A stretch of DNA of 63,379 nucleotides, the filler included. It is 9 parts of 9 records of this genome, joined end to end, with 100 filler letters (N's around TTAATTAATTAA, not from the genome) between each part and the next. Parts side by side here need not be neighbours in the genome. Positions count along the whole stretch, not along the records: positions 1 to 12,422 come from SRR31147125_26424; positions 12,523 to 18,814 come from SRR31147125_26428; positions 18,915 to 26,876 come from SRR31147125_26451; 6 more parts are not named here. One strand, written 5' to 3'. Each line of letters starts with the position of its first letter. Within the stretch, counting starts at the first letter, position 1. The position numbers and the translations under genes are program-made. The notes below the pieces were generated by a model. It saw only the letters and a program-made list of their open reading frames with translations. It had not been told where the DNA came from and did not search any database. Shown here piece after piece: positions 11,067 through 22,233 of this stretch.

Positions 11067-12422
11067 AAAAGATGAATTTTTAGTAGATTATTCCACGAAG
11101 GTTCTAGAGGTTAATAATTTAAAGAAACACTTTTATGCAGGTGTGGGTAAAAACAAATTAGTAGTACCTGCTGTTGACGGTGTGACTTTTGATGTATATA
11201 AAAAAGAAGTTTTTGGTTTAGTAGGAGAATCAGGTTGTGGTAAAACCACTACCGGAAGAACGATCATTAAACTTTATAATCCTACAGATGGATCAACGTC
11301 GGTTGATGGTTTTCCAATTGCAGCAGGATATCATAGTCATCTAGATAAAATAAGACAAATTAAAGATGAAAGAAAAAATATGATTAGATCACTGAATACT
11401 TTTTTAAAGGAAAAAAGCATACTTTTAAGTGAATTTAATGAGAAAAAAAGTTTGATTGAATTAGAGAAAACTCAAATTAGAAAAAAATTAGATTTGAAAA
11501 TCGATGAAACTAAAAAAGTGTTATCTGACTATAATGAGCAATTATACACACTTATTAGTGATGTGTTAAATGATATTGATAGATACAAATACAATATTGC
11601 CAATAAAATTGAAGATGTTAAGAATAGAATGGAAAACCGCAGCCTTGTCGAACTTAGAAGAAAAAAATTAAGTATGACAAATACATATAAAAGAAAAGTC
11701 GAAGGTATCAAAGATTCTTCAGCACTGAAAAAATCTATGATTAATGAACGTCTTCAATCATTAGAAGAGGAATATAAACAAAATTTATTAGATTTAGAGA
11801 AGTCATATGAGCCTTTAATCGAAGAAGATAGCAAAAATATCTTAAATAAGAGTGAAGGGAAATCTTTGATTAAACAGCTTAAAAGAGAATATAAGACTGA
11901 AATCGCTAAGATGAAAACTGAAGTTGAACAGAAAAAGGCAAATTTGGTTAAACCATCTGAGAAGGAATTAAATGTAAAAATCAAGAAACTTAAAGCTGAA
12001 AGCAAAACTGAAATTGCGAAATTAAATGAGCAAATTGCAAATTTAAAAGCCGAATATAAAGCTAAAATTAGTGAGATTGAAAAAGACGAATCAAGAATAA
12101 CTACTTATCTTAACAATCGTCAGGAAATCAAAGAAATTTTAGAAGAATCTAAAGAAAAGATTAATGAGCAAAAAAATATAATTTCTTCTATTAAAGCAAT
12201 GAACAAATCTGAAGAATCATTAGCAGCATCACGTAGAATGCAAATGATTTTCCAAGATCCAATTTCATCTCTAAACCCTAGAATGACAGTAAAAGAGATT
12301 GTTGGTGAAGGTATTAAATTAACAAAGAAATTTAGTGATGAAGAAATTGAGCGAAAAGTAGCAGAAGTATTAGAATTAGTTGGACTGGCACCAGAATATG
12401 CAACAAGATACCCACATGAATT
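11059..12422 (+). CDS. oppF: Oligopeptide ABC ATPase OppF with a long coiled-coil insertion (3' truncated)
   Basis: GESGCGKTT, then ~300 aa rich in K/E, then MQMIFQDPISSLNPR and RYPHE at the contig end. Confidence 0.9.
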
Positions 12423-12522
12423 NNNNNNNNNNNNNNNNNNNNNNNNNNNNNNNNNNNNNNNNNNNNTTAATTAATTAANNNNNNNNNNNNNNNNNNNNNN
12501 NNNNNNNNNNNNNNNNNNNNNN
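12423..12522. other. Artificial contig linker (first of eight)
   Basis: N-run, TTAATTAATTAA (stops in all frames), N-run. Identical linkers at 18815-18914, 26877-26976, 33910-34009, 39162-39261, 44438-44537, 51394-51493 and 57782-57881. Confidence 0.99.
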
Positions 12523-12685
12523 AAAAAACTTGAAGAGATATCGAAAGATATAGAAAAAGAAGAAGTTGAACTAGAGGAATCTTTTGAACTTTTTGATAAA
12601 GGAATGAAGATTGCTATGGAGTGCGAAAAAGCTTAAAGAGCTTGAGAAAGAAATAAACGTAATAGTTGAAGATAATGACATATAA
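12523..12685 (+). CDS. xseB: Exodeoxyribonuclease VII small subunit (5' truncated, apparent frameshift near 12630)
   Basis: KKLEEISKDIEKEEVELEESFELFDKGMKIAMECEK, then in another frame LKELEKEINVIVED; classic position before ispA. Confidence 0.8.
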
Positions 12686-12718
12686 GTCAGTATAATATTT
12701 TTAATAGAGGTGTTTAAC

Positions 12719-13615
12719 ATGGGAAAAAGAATGTTTTTTACGGATTATGTTGAATATGTTAACCAAAGGTTAGTACAGATATTTGACAATAAGAAAATAG
12801 AAACTAAACTGAACGATGCTATGTGGTATAGCGTAAGTGCTGGAGGCAAAAAAGTAAGACCTGTGCTCTGCTTATTGGCTAACAGTTTATTTGACGGAGA
12901 TATGGATGAAGTTATGGATATGGCCTGTGCAATAGAGCTTATTCATACATACTCGCTTATTCATGATGACTTGCCTGCTCTTGATAATGACAGAATAAGA
13001 AGAGGAAAACCAACAAACCATATTGTACATGGAGAAGCTTTTGCAATTTTGGCTGGAGACGGACTTTTAAACATGGCATATGAAGTGATGCTAAATAATG
13101 CAATGAAATATCCGCAAAATAGTGAAAAGCATATTAAGGCTATTTCTTATTTGGCAAAAGCCGCTGGTGTAACAGGTATGATATCTGGTCAGGTGGCAGA
13201 TATTGTGCATGAAAACGATGAAGAAAGCGAAATTGATATCGATACAGTAGACAAAATACACGTCAATAAAACAGGCAAACTAATTACTGCTTCGCTTGTA
13301 ACAGGTGCTATAATGTCTGGAGCAGAGCAAAGTAATATCAAAAAAGTAGAAAGCTTTGGGAAAAAAATTGGTCTTGCGTTTCAGGTTGTTGATGATATAC
13401 TAGATGTTGTTGGTGATGAAAGCAATATCGGCAAAAGTACAGGGAAAGATGAAGATGCAGGAAAGATGACTTATCCGCATGTTTATGGGCTTAAAAACTC
13501 AATAAAAATAGCAGATGATCTTACTTTACAAGCTAAGGAAATAATGAGCGAATTTGGAGATAAGGCAAAAGATTTGATCCTGCTTGCTGATTATTTCGTC
13601 AAAAGGATAAACTAA
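12719..13615 (+). CDS. ispA: Farnesyl/geranylgeranyl diphosphate synthase
   Basis: GGKKVRP, LIHDDLPALDND..RRGKPT, FQVVDDILD. Confidence 0.93.
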   Translation: MGKRMFFTDYVEYVNQRLVQIFDNKKIETKLNDAMWYSVSAGGKKVRPVLCLLANSLFDGDMDEVMDMACAIELIHTYSLIHDDLPALDNDRIRRGKPTNHIVHGEAFAILAGDGLLNMAYEVMLNNAMKYPQNSEKHIKAISYLAKAAGVTGMISGQVADIVHENDEESEIDIDTVDKIHVNKTGKLITASLVTGAIMSGAEQSNIKKVESFGKKIGLAFQVVDDILDVVGDESNIGKSTGKDEDAGKMTYPHVYGLKNSIKIADDLTLQAKEIMSEFGDKAKDLILLADYFVKRIN

Positions 13616-13714
13616 ACTTGACAATAGTGCCGAAATAAAGATAAAATGAATTATTGTTGAAAATTAATTTGCTTAAAATGCGTTAGAATAAAAATAAAAT
13701 ATGGAGGTGTATAC

Positions 13715-15250
13715 GTGGGATTAATTGGCATAATTATGTCGATTGTTGGAATTATTATTGGCTTATTAGTTGGCTATTTCTATAGAAAAAATATTGCAGA
13801 ATCTAAAGTTGCAAGAGCTGAAGAATCAGTTCGTAAAATGATAAACGATGCTCAAAAAGCAGAAGCTATAAAAAAAGAGACAATATTAGAAGCGAAAGAA
13901 GATATTCTTAAACTAAGAAATGAGCTTGATAAGGAAACAAAAGACAGACGAAATGAAACTCAACGAATGGAAAAACGACTGATTCAACGCGAAGAGGTTT
14001 TAGATAAAAAAATCAATAGTGTTGAACAAAAAGAGGAAAGTGTATCAAGGAAAGAAAAGGAATTAATAAAGGCAAAAGATAATTTAAAAACAACAATAGA
14101 CAAACAAGTGGATCAACTTGAAAAAATTTCTGGCATGACCAGTGTTGAAGCTAAAGATCTTTTGATAGAAAAAATAGAAGCTGAAGCAAAGCGCGACGCT
14201 GCTGTTATGGTTAGAGAAATTGAAAGCCAAGCTAAGCTTGATGCTGACAAGAGAACAAGAATCATCTTAGCAAACTCTATTCAAAAGTGTGCGGCAGATC
14301 ATGTTGCAGAATACACGGTATCTGTAGTGCCTCTACCGAATGACGAGATGAAAGGCAGAATCATTGGTCGTGAAGGTAGAAACATTAGAGCTCTAGAAAC
14401 AGCAACAGGCATCGATTTAATTATTGATGATACTCCAGAAGCTGTAATCCTTTCTGGTTTTGACCCAATAAGAAGAGAGATTGCAAGACTTTCTCTAGAG
14501 AGATTAATTGTAGATGGAAGAATACATCCAGCTAGAATTGAAGAGATGGTTAAAAAAGCAGAAAAAGATGTACAGACTCAGATTCGTGAGGCTGGGGAAC
14601 AAGCTATGTTTGATGTTGGGGTACATAACTTACATCACGAGATAGTAAAGCTACTTGGAAGACTTAAATTTAGAACATCTTATGGTCAAAATGTTTTAAA
14701 ACACTCGATAGAAGTTGCTCATCTTTGTGCAATTATGGCAGCAGAGATTGGCGCTGATATTAAAATTGCGAAGCGTGCAGGACTGCTTCATGATATCGGT
14801 AAAGCAGCAGATCACGAGATTGAAGGTCCGCATATCCAAATAGGAGCGGATTTGGCAAAAAAATATCGTGAGAAAGATAATATTATTCACGCTATTATGG
14901 CTCATCACGGCGATGTTGAGGCAAAAAGTGTTGAAGCTGTATTGGTTCAAGCGGCAGATGCGATTTCTGCAGCAAGACCAGGTGCAAGGCGTGAAACTTT
15001 AGAAAACTATGTAAAACGTTTAGAAGCTTTAGAAGAGATAGCAAACTCATTTAATGGTGTTGAAAAAACATTTGCGATTCAAGCAGGTAGAGAAGTAAGA
15101 ATTATAGTTAAGCCTGATGACATAGATGATGCTGGAACTCACTTGATGGCTAAAGACATAGTTAAGCGAATTGAAAAAGATTTGGATTATCCAGGACAAA
15201 TTAAGGTTAATGTAATAAGAGAAACAAGATCTATTCAATTTGCAAAATAG
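13715..15250 (+). CDS. rny: Ribonuclease Y
   Basis: N-terminal TM, coiled coil, KH domain ([14 protein letters not shown]), HD domain (GLLHDIGK). Confidence 0.97.
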   Translation: MGLIGIIMSIVGIIIGLLVGYFYRKNIAESKVARAEESVRKMINDAQKAEAIKKETILEAKEDILKLRNELDKETKDRRNETQRMEKRLIQREEVLDKKINSVEQKEESVSRKEKELIKAKDNLKTTIDKQVDQLEKISGMTSVEAKDLLIEKIEAEAKRDAAVMVREIESQAKLDADKRTRIILANSIQKCAADHVAEYTVSVVPLPNDEMKGRIIGREGRNIRALETATGIDLIIDDTPEAVILSGFDPIRREIARLSLERLIVDGRIHPARIEEMVKKAEKDVQTQIREAGEQAMFDVGVHNLHHEIVKLLGRLKFRTSYGQNVLKHSIEVAHLCAIMAAEIGADIKIAKRAGLLHDIGKAADHEIEGPHIQIGADLAKKYREKDNIIHAIMAHHGDVEAKSVEAVLVQAADAISAARPGARRETLENYVKRLEALEEIANSFNGVEKTFAIQAGREVRIIVKPDDIDDAGTHLMAKDIVKRIEKDLDYPGQIKVNVIRETRSIQFAK

Positions 15251-15334
15251 TGTACAAGACTTTTATAATAATTCTAGCGGGTGTCAGTTTAGGCATCCGC
15301 TTTATATTTTTATATTAAACAGGAGGTTTTGTTT

Positions 15335-16054
15335 ATGGACAGCTATAAATACTTGTCTTATATATATGATCATTTTAATGCTGAGACAAACCACAAGGAG
15401 TGGGCAGAATATCTTGCTGGCTTTTTTGGGTTTAATGCATTAAGGGTATTGGATATAGGGTGTGGTACCGCAAATATCACTATAGAGCTAAAAAAAGAGG
15501 CTATGATATAAGTGGTGTTGATATTAGTCAGAATATGTTAGAAATAGCACAGGAAAACGCTCGTAAAGCAGGCGTTAAAATTCCGTTTATTCATCAAGAT
15601 ATCTGCTATTTAACTCTGCCTTCAAAAGTCGATGTTATAACAGCTTCTTGTGATGTAATAAACTACGTAGAGCACAGTGAAATTGATGAGCTGTTTTCGT
15701 GTGTTCACAACAATTTAGAAGAAAATGGAAGGTTTATATTTGATATAAGCAGTAAAAATAAACTAGTAAATACCGTCGGTAACAATGTTTTTTTTGAGGA
15801 TGATAGTGATTCGACTTATATATGGAATAATGAACACTTGGATAACAAAGTTTACATGGACTTGATTTTGTTTGTAAAAAGTGGTGAAATGTATAATAAA
15901 CTTGAAGAATCTCATATTCAATACGTTTATGATGTAAAGGATTTAAAAATTGCTTACAAAAAACAAGTTTAAATTCGAAGTATATGATTTTATGAGTAAA
16001 GAAAAATACAATGAAAAGTCTGATAGGATACAGTTTGTTTGTGAAAAGTGGTGA
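15335..16054 (+). CDS. Class I SAM-dependent methyltransferase, split by apparent frameshifts
   Basis: VLDIGCGT (ORF 15329-15511), then GVDISQNML and DVINY (ORF 15460-15972), then ..SDRIQFVCEKW* ending at 16054; breaks at A-runs. Confidence 0.8.
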
Positions 16055-16063
16055 AATTAAATT

Positions 16064-16957
16064 ATGATAGATTATGAAAATGAATTTAAAAAACATCTTA
16101 AAATAGTTATGAAGCGCAAAGGTATAGACGATATTTCTGAAATAGAAGACGATATTGACAAAATATATGATGCTTGGCTAAATGAGCCAAGTAAATCTTT
16201 TTCTAATAAAAAGCCAAATGAGTATTTTGATGATATAAGTGACCCAATAAAGTTAATGGATATTCTAGGCAAATATATATATAATGATATTCAAGTTCCA
16301 GGTCCTCTTCTCACTACAATAGAAAAATACTCTGATAGTATATATCCTATGCTTGTTGTCTCAATAAAAAACTATCATATTGATGATAAGAGCATGTCGA
16401 AGTTTATTATTTATTGTATTGAAATGATATCCGAGATGGATAGACAACATCCTATGGACGAATATATTAGGATTATAAAATCTGCGACAGTAAGCATAGA
16501 CGTTGTTGAAGCTATGGTTGAGGTTGTTCGCACAGATATAAATAATAATAGCCTGCTTTTGGAAGTTAAAAATGCGTACCTTGAAACTGAGCATGAATTT
16601 GCAAAAGACTGTTTGTTGGATTTGATGTGTGAATCATCCAATGATGAAGATGTATATAATTATGTTTTGGATTGTTTTTTAAACGATTATTCGAAATCAT
16701 GGCTATATGCACATATGCTTGCAAAAATAGGGAATCCTGATAGCGAAAGTTACCTTGTCGAAAGGCTAAAATCAGAGGAACTTGACTACTATAATTATTG
16801 TCAAGTGAAAGAGGCTTTAGAAGAGATGGGCGTAGTTGTAGAAGTTGACAGGACCTTTTTTGGAGATCAGGACTTTGAAGCTATGAGCGAAGATTCGAAA
16901 GTTAACGATGACGGTGAATATAGAAGTATGGTAATAAAAAATGATGACGGAGAATGA
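16064..16957 (+). CDS. Hypothetical acidic, helical-repeat-like protein
   Basis: 297-aa ORF within the operon; no firm motif. Confidence 0.65.
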   Translation: MIDYENEFKKHLKIVMKRKGIDDISEIEDDIDKIYDAWLNEPSKSFSNKKPNEYFDDISDPIKLMDILGKYIYNDIQVPGPLLTTIEKYSDSIYPMLVVSIKNYHIDDKSMSKFIIYCIEMISEMDRQHPMDEYIRIIKSATVSIDVVEAMVEVVRTDINNNSLLLEVKNAYLETEHEFAKDCLLDLMCESSNDEDVYNYVLDCFLNDYSKSWLYAHMLAKIGNPDSESYLVERLKSEELDYYNYCQVKEALEEMGVVVEVDRTFFGDQDFEAMSEDSKVNDDGEYRSMVIKNDDGE

Positions 16958-16960
16958 TAG

Positions 16961-17626
16961 ATGAGCAATATAACGTACAAAGATATAAGAAACAACAAAA
17001 ACATTTCTGTATTGATTAAAAAGGCAAATGAATGTCTTGAGGCTATAGGGTATACAGACCATGGACCAAGACATGTAGGATATGTAAGTAAAATAGCTGG
17101 TTCGATTTTGGAACAGTTAGGATATGATTCTAGAAGATGTGAGTTGGCAAAGATTGCGGGATGGGTTCATGATGTTGGAAATATGATAAATAGAAAGCAT
17201 CATGGGTTAACAGCAGGTAATATGCTTTTTCCTATGCTTTTAGAAGCAGGTTTAGACCTTGAAGAGGTTTGCGATATTTGTGCAGCGGTTGGAAACCATG
17301 AAGAAGAAACAGGAAAAACAGTAAGTGATATTTCTGCGGCACTTATTATTGCAGATAAAGTTGATGCTCATAAAGCAAGGGTTAGGCTAAAAAAATATAA
17401 TGTAGACGATATACATGATAGAGTTAATTATTCTATTAAGAGCACAAGCATGAAAATAGATAAAGAAAGTAAAGTAATTGCGTTTGATTATAATATGGAT
17501 AAAACATCTTCGATCACAGAGTTTTTAGAGATATATTTAAAACGAATGAGGATGTGTGAAAGGGCTGCTCAATTTTTAGGCTGTTCTTTTGCCCTTAGCT
17601 TTAATGGCGTTCGTATAAATACGTGA
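16961..17626 (+). CDS. HD-domain phosphohydrolase
   Basis: GYTDHGPRH, WVHDVGN, GNHEE, IIADKVD. Confidence 0.85.
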   Translation: MSNITYKDIRNNKNISVLIKKANECLEAIGYTDHGPRHVGYVSKIAGSILEQLGYDSRRCELAKIAGWVHDVGNMINRKHHGLTAGNMLFPMLLEAGLDLEEVCDICAAVGNHEEETGKTVSDISAALIIADKVDAHKARVRLKKYNVDDIHDRVNYSIKSTSMKIDKESKVIAFDYNMDKTSSITEFLEIYLKRMRMCERAAQFLGCSFALSFNGVRINT

Positions 17627-17698
17627 TTTTACTAAGATACTGAGTAAAATAGTTTATTGGTATCGAAAAATATAGAAGAGAAAGATTATAGAGGTTAT

Positions 17699-18814
17699 AT
17701 GAAATATAGATTTTTGGCTGTTTGTACTTTTGGTTTGGAAGCGATTGTTAAACAGGAGGCAACAGAATTAGGTTTTGAAAATATTGAAGCCTTTGATGCT
17801 AGAGTATACTTTGAAGGCGACGAAAACACACTTATAAAGGCAAACCTATGGCTTAGATGTGCAGATAGAGTTTATATGGTTATTGATGAATTTATGGCCT
17901 ATAGCTTTGAAGAGCTTTTTAGCGGTGTGAAGAATATTGCTTGGTGGGATTATATTGGCAAAAAGTCAGCATTTCCTGTAACAGGTGATTCTGCTAGGTC
18001 AAAGCTTTTTAGTGTAAGTGATATCCAAAGCATAAGTAAAAAGGCAATTGTAGAAAGTCTTAAAGAGAGTTATGGAATATCATATTTTGAAGAAAGTGAA
18101 CAGAAGGTATTGGTTCATATTGCTATACTTAAAGACAAAGTATCTGTTTTAATTAATACAAGCGGTATGGGGCTTAATAGACGTGGATACAGAAGGCTAA
18201 ATGTTGCAGCCCCTATAAGAGAAACATTAGCTGCAGGTCTTTTAAATGTTGCAAGATTAAAGGATCAGCCATTTATAGATCCTATGTGCGGCAGTGGTAC
18301 AATTGCTATTGAAGCTGCTTTAATCAAAAATATAGCACCTGGAATTCAAAGAAGGTTTGCATTTGAAAACTACGAGTTTTTGGATATTTCTAATCTGAAC
18401 GAAATTAGAGATGAGGCAAGAGCAGGTGTTGTAAAAGGCGCGGTAGAAGTTATCGCCTCTGATGTTGATGAAGAAGCTTTTAGAATTTGCAAAAAACATG
18501 CAATGACGGCGGGTGTTTTTGATCATATTACAATTAAAAGATGTGACATAAAATCTACTCTTACAAGTGATTCTAAAGGAATACTGGTATCCAATCCTCC
18601 ATATGCTCAAAGGCTTGGAGACCAAAAAGAGGTAAGACAGCTTTATAAAAGACTGGGTAGATTAACCGTTGATAACGATAAGCTTAAGTGTTTTTTTATC
18701 TCTTCTGATACAGAGTTTGAAAAGGCATACGGAAAAAAAGCAGATAAAAAGAGAAAGCTTTATAATGGAAATATAAAATGTAATCTTTATCAATATTTTA
18801 GAGGCAAGCATTTT
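17699..18814 (+). CDS. THUMP-domain RNA methyltransferase (RlmL/YpsC-like), 3' end at the gap
   Basis: FGLEAIVKQE, NLWLRCADRV, RRGYR, DPMCGSGT, NPPY. Confidence 0.88.
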
Positions 18815-19077
18815 NNNNNNNNNNNNNNNNNNNNNNNNNNNNNNNNNNNNNNNNNNNNTTAATTAATTAANNNNNNNNNNNNNNNNNNNNNNNNNNNNNN
18901 NNNNNNNNNNNNNNCGAAGCCTTGGTAATCGTTTTTAGCTGCCATCGATCTGTCCTCCGGAATGACTCTATGACCCTTACCCCTTAGCAAATAGAACAGC
19001 GGTCATCCTGGAATGAATGACCGCCGTCAATACATCAAACAATAGATGCTCTTCTATCGCCTGTATCCTTAAGCGGA

Positions 19078-20142
19078 TTATGGCCTGATAATGATTTTGC
19101 CGAACAGTCCTTCACCTGAAAGGAACTGCTGGTACGCTTCTGCAGCTTGATCGAAACTGTATGTTGCCCCAACAGCGGCTTTGATTTTCCCTTTGCCCAT
19201 CCAGTAGAGGCCTTGCTCAAGTTCAGCTTTTGTGCCCTGGGTGGAGCCGAGAATATTGGTTCCTTTGAAGAAGACGTGGCGTAGATCGATTTGAGCGTCA
19301 TAGCCAGTCGTTGCGCCGCAGCTGACCAGGGTGCCACCGAATTTCAACAGGGTCAATTGAGCGTTGAAATGGGTTTCGCCGATATGATCGAAGGCGACGT
19401 CAATTCCCGGGACTGTCCCGTTTTCTGTGGCAATCTCTTTGCAGAGACCACGCACCTCTTTAACCCAGTTTTCGTCTCGGTGATTGACGACGTAGTCAGC
19501 GCCCAACTCTTTACACATGTCGGCGTTTTCTGCACTGGCGGTAGCGATAACGGTACAGTTGTAGAGCTTGGCAATCTGGATACCCAGATGCCCGACCCCT
19601 GAGCGACCGCCCATGATCAGGACCAACTGGCCCGGCTTGATCTGTGCCCGGCCGACCAGCATGTGCCAGGCGGTCAGCAGGTTCATGGCAGCCGCGGCAG
19701 CTTCTTCGTAGCTGACCGTATCTGGTACTTTCACCACATTGATTTCCTGCACGCAAACCTGCTCGGCATGGCTACCGGGAGTTGATTGAAACCCCCAGAC
19801 AGCTCGTTTGGCGCAGTCATATTCACGGCCGCTGGTGCAGGCTTCGCAAACTCGGCAGGAGAGGTTGGCGTGAACGGCAACTCGATCACCGACTTTGATG
19901 CTGCGGACTTCATTGCCGACAGCAATAACATCACCGGCTGCGTCGGAGCCTGAAACGTGTGGAAGTTCGACTGGAATCGGATTGCCGCGCATTCCCCAAA
20001 TGTCATTGTAGTTCAGAGCTGTGGCTTTCACCTGGATCAGAACTTCATTCGGTTTTGGTTCGGGGTTTGGGATGTCTTCCACTTTAAGGATCTTGCCGAA
20101 GTCATCATCCGGTGCGTAGTCACGATAAATAAGCGCTTTCAT
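19078..20142 (-). CDS. Zinc-binding MDR-family dehydrogenase/reductase
   Basis: Structural Zn motif CRVCEAC..C, PHVSGSDAAG, GGRSGVG. Confidence 0.88.
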   Translation of the reverse strand: MKALIYRDYAPDDDFGKILKVEDIPNPEPKPNEVLIQVKATALNYNDIWGMRGNPIPVELPHVSGSDAAGDVIAVGNEVRSIKVGDRVAVHANLSCRVCEACTSGREYDCAKRAVWGFQSTPGSHAEQVCVQEINVVKVPDTVSYEEAAAAAMNLLTAWHMLVGRAQIKPGQLVLIMGGRSGVGHLGIQIAKLYNCTVIATASAENADMCKELGADYVVNHRDENWVKEVRGLCKEIATENGTVPGIDVAFDHIGETHFNAQLTLLKFGGTLVSCGATTGYDAQIDLRHVFFKGTNILGSTQGTKAELEQGLYWMGKGKIKAAVGATYSFDQAAEAYQQFLSGEGLFGKIIIRP

Positions 20143-20213
20143 GATTTTACTCCTTTTCGTTCAAATGTGGGAAGGTGTGTGCTGCGGTCTACTGATTCGA
20201 TAGCGTAAACAGT

Positions 20214-20244
20214 AATTATATATTTGTCAAACAAATATATAATT
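20214..20244. promoter_or_regulatory. Putative FadR/GntR operator
   Basis: Perfect 14-bp inverted repeat AATTATATATTTGT-CAA-ACAAATATATAATT between divergent genes, next to a FadR-family regulator. Confidence 0.7.
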
Positions 20245-20386
20245 GTTCCCTTCTCTATCAATGTAAGCTATAATTGAGCAGTCAATAAAACTGATAATCG
20301 CCAAGAGACAACGCTGATCAAGGTCAGCAGGAAACATAAGTGTTTGCTCGCGGCCAATAGAATTCTAGAAGGAGACGCCAGATATC

Positions 20387-21139
20387 ATGGCAATAAATTT
20401 TCAACCACCCGTCACAGAAAGCCTTGCCAAACAGATCGCCGAAAATATCCGCAGCGCGATTGTCGACGGCAGCCTCAAGGTCGATGACCAGCTACCTACC
20501 GAAGAAGTATTGGCGGATAAATACAATGTTTCTCGGCCGACTATTCGCGAAGCGCTCAAACGGCTGGCCGCACAAAACTTGATCCGTAGTCGTCGCGGTC
20601 CGACCGGAGGCACCTTTGTCAATCGACCCAGCCAGGAAGAACTGCGTTCTTCAATGACCGGTGCCGCTATGCTGATGGTCAGTATGGGGGAATTCAGTTT
20701 GTCGGAGATCGCTGAAGCACGTCGTGAGTTGGAGTTGACCTGCGTGCGTCTGGCCGCAGAGCGGCGGGAGGATGAGCATTTGCAGGCGATGGCAGAGGAA
20801 ATAGAGCGGCAAAAAAAATCGGCGACCACAGATGTGGAGTTCTGTGCCTCGGACGTTCGCTTTCATCGGGCTCTGGTTGATGCGACCCGCAACCCGGTGT
20901 TGCAGTTTGTTATGTTTGCTGTCATTGAAGCCTTGCAGCCGGCGACCAACCTGGTTGTTTTTCGGTTTAGAGAACGTGAAAAAATCATCTCACAGCATGA
21001 ACGTCTTTACCAAGCGATCAAAGCCCGGAATCCCGAGGCTGCTGAAGAGACAATGGATGAGCAAATGACCTATCTGTGTGAACAGTATGCCCAAGCTCAG
21101 GAATGGCGCCGGGAACGGGATGAGGATGACCATGAGTGA
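20387..21139 (+). CDS. FadR/GntR-family regulator, DmdR-like
   Basis: wHTH VSRPTIREALKRLAAQNLI..RGPTGGTFV; FCD motif FCASDVRFHRALVD..NPVL; overlaps acuI. Confidence 0.88.
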   Translation: MAINFQPPVTESLAKQIAENIRSAIVDGSLKVDDQLPTEEVLADKYNVSRPTIREALKRLAAQNLIRSRRGPTGGTFVNRPSQEELRSSMTGAAMLMVSMGEFSLSEIAEARRELELTCVRLAAERREDEHLQAMAEEIERQKKSATTDVEFCASDVRFHRALVDATRNPVLQFVMFAVIEALQPATNLVVFRFREREKIISQHERLYQAIKARNPEAAEETMDEQMTYLCEQYAQAQEWRRERDEDDHE

Positions 21140-22124
21140 CAGATTCAAAGCCCTTGTTGTCAGCAAAGGAAACAATCTCGTCTCACATCAGATCCGGCAG
21201 CTCTCGGTTGATGACCTGCCTGAGGGCGATGTCCTCCTTGAGGTCAATTATTCCAGCCTTAATTATAAGGATTGCCTGGCTGTTTTCGGTCGTGGGAAAA
21301 TTGTGCGTGAATACCCGATAGTTCCCGGTGTCGACCTGACTGGCGAGGTTATTTCTTCAGCGTCCCCCAAATTTCAGCCAGGCGATAAGGTGTTGCTGAC
21401 GGGCTGGGGAGTTGGCGAACGTTACTGGGGCGGTTTTACTCAGCAGGCACGCGTTAAATCGGAGTGGTTGATCCCGTTGCCGGAAGGTCTGGAGGGTTTG
21501 CGGGCCATGGCGATTGGCTCGGCCGGGCTTACGTCGATGTTGTGTGTTATGGCCTTAGAAGATCAGGGAGTGACCCCGGATCAAGGTACGATTCTGGTTA
21601 CCGGTGCCAGTGGCGGGGTTGGTGGGGTTGCCGTTGCCCTGCTCGCCGGATTGGGCTTCTCGGTCGCAGCAGTGACTGGCAATCGAGATAATGATGCCTA
21701 TCTCTACCGGCTTGGTGCCAGCGAAATCGTCAACCGATCTGAGCTTGAAAAGCCTGTCCGACCTTTGGAAAGTCAGCGCTGGGCAGGAGCAATAGATACG
21801 GTCGGTGGAAGGGTTCTCGCCCATCTGCTGGCAAAGATGAAATACGGTGGAACCATCGCAGCAACGGGATTGACCGGTGGCTCTGAGCTATCTACGACTG
21901 TCATGCCTTTTATTTTACGTGCAGTAAAAATGATTGGTGTGGAAGTGACGACTTGTCCACTGTCCCTTCGTAAAATAGCCTGGGCCCGATTATCGAAAGA
22001 ACTTCCGGACGATCTTCTGGAACAAATTTACAAGATTATTTCTTTGGATGAGATTCCACAAGTCGCGGAACAGCTTCTTGCCGGCCAGGTTAGCGGACGC
22101 GTGGTTGTTGATCTGAGAAAGTAA
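21132..22124 (+). CDS. acuI: Acryloyl-CoA reductase AcuI (YhdH-type MDR)
   Basis: YSSLNYKD, GWGVGERYWGG, VTGASGGVG, TTVMPFILR; ATG at 21132 overlaps the regulator's 3' end. Confidence 0.82.
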   Translation: MSDRFKALVVSKGNNLVSHQIRQLSVDDLPEGDVLLEVNYSSLNYKDCLAVFGRGKIVREYPIVPGVDLTGEVISSASPKFQPGDKVLLTGWGVGERYWGGFTQQARVKSEWLIPLPEGLEGLRAMAIGSAGLTSMLCVMALEDQGVTPDQGTILVTGASGGVGGVAVALLAGLGFSVAAVTGNRDNDAYLYRLGASEIVNRSELEKPVRPLESQRWAGAIDTVGGRVLAHLLAKMKYGGTIAATGLTGGSELSTTVMPFILRAVKMIGVEVTTCPLSLRKIAWARLSKELPDDLLEQIYKIISLDEIPQVAEQLLAGQVSGRVVVDLRK

Positions 22125-22233
22125 GGGGCTACGGAGTCATATAGACACTGGGAGGACCGACGGGTTTGATGTTTATAGAACAATTTCATTTTGCTGAAAT
22201 TTTTCTACTCCATGAAGCTTGGGAGAGTTTGTG

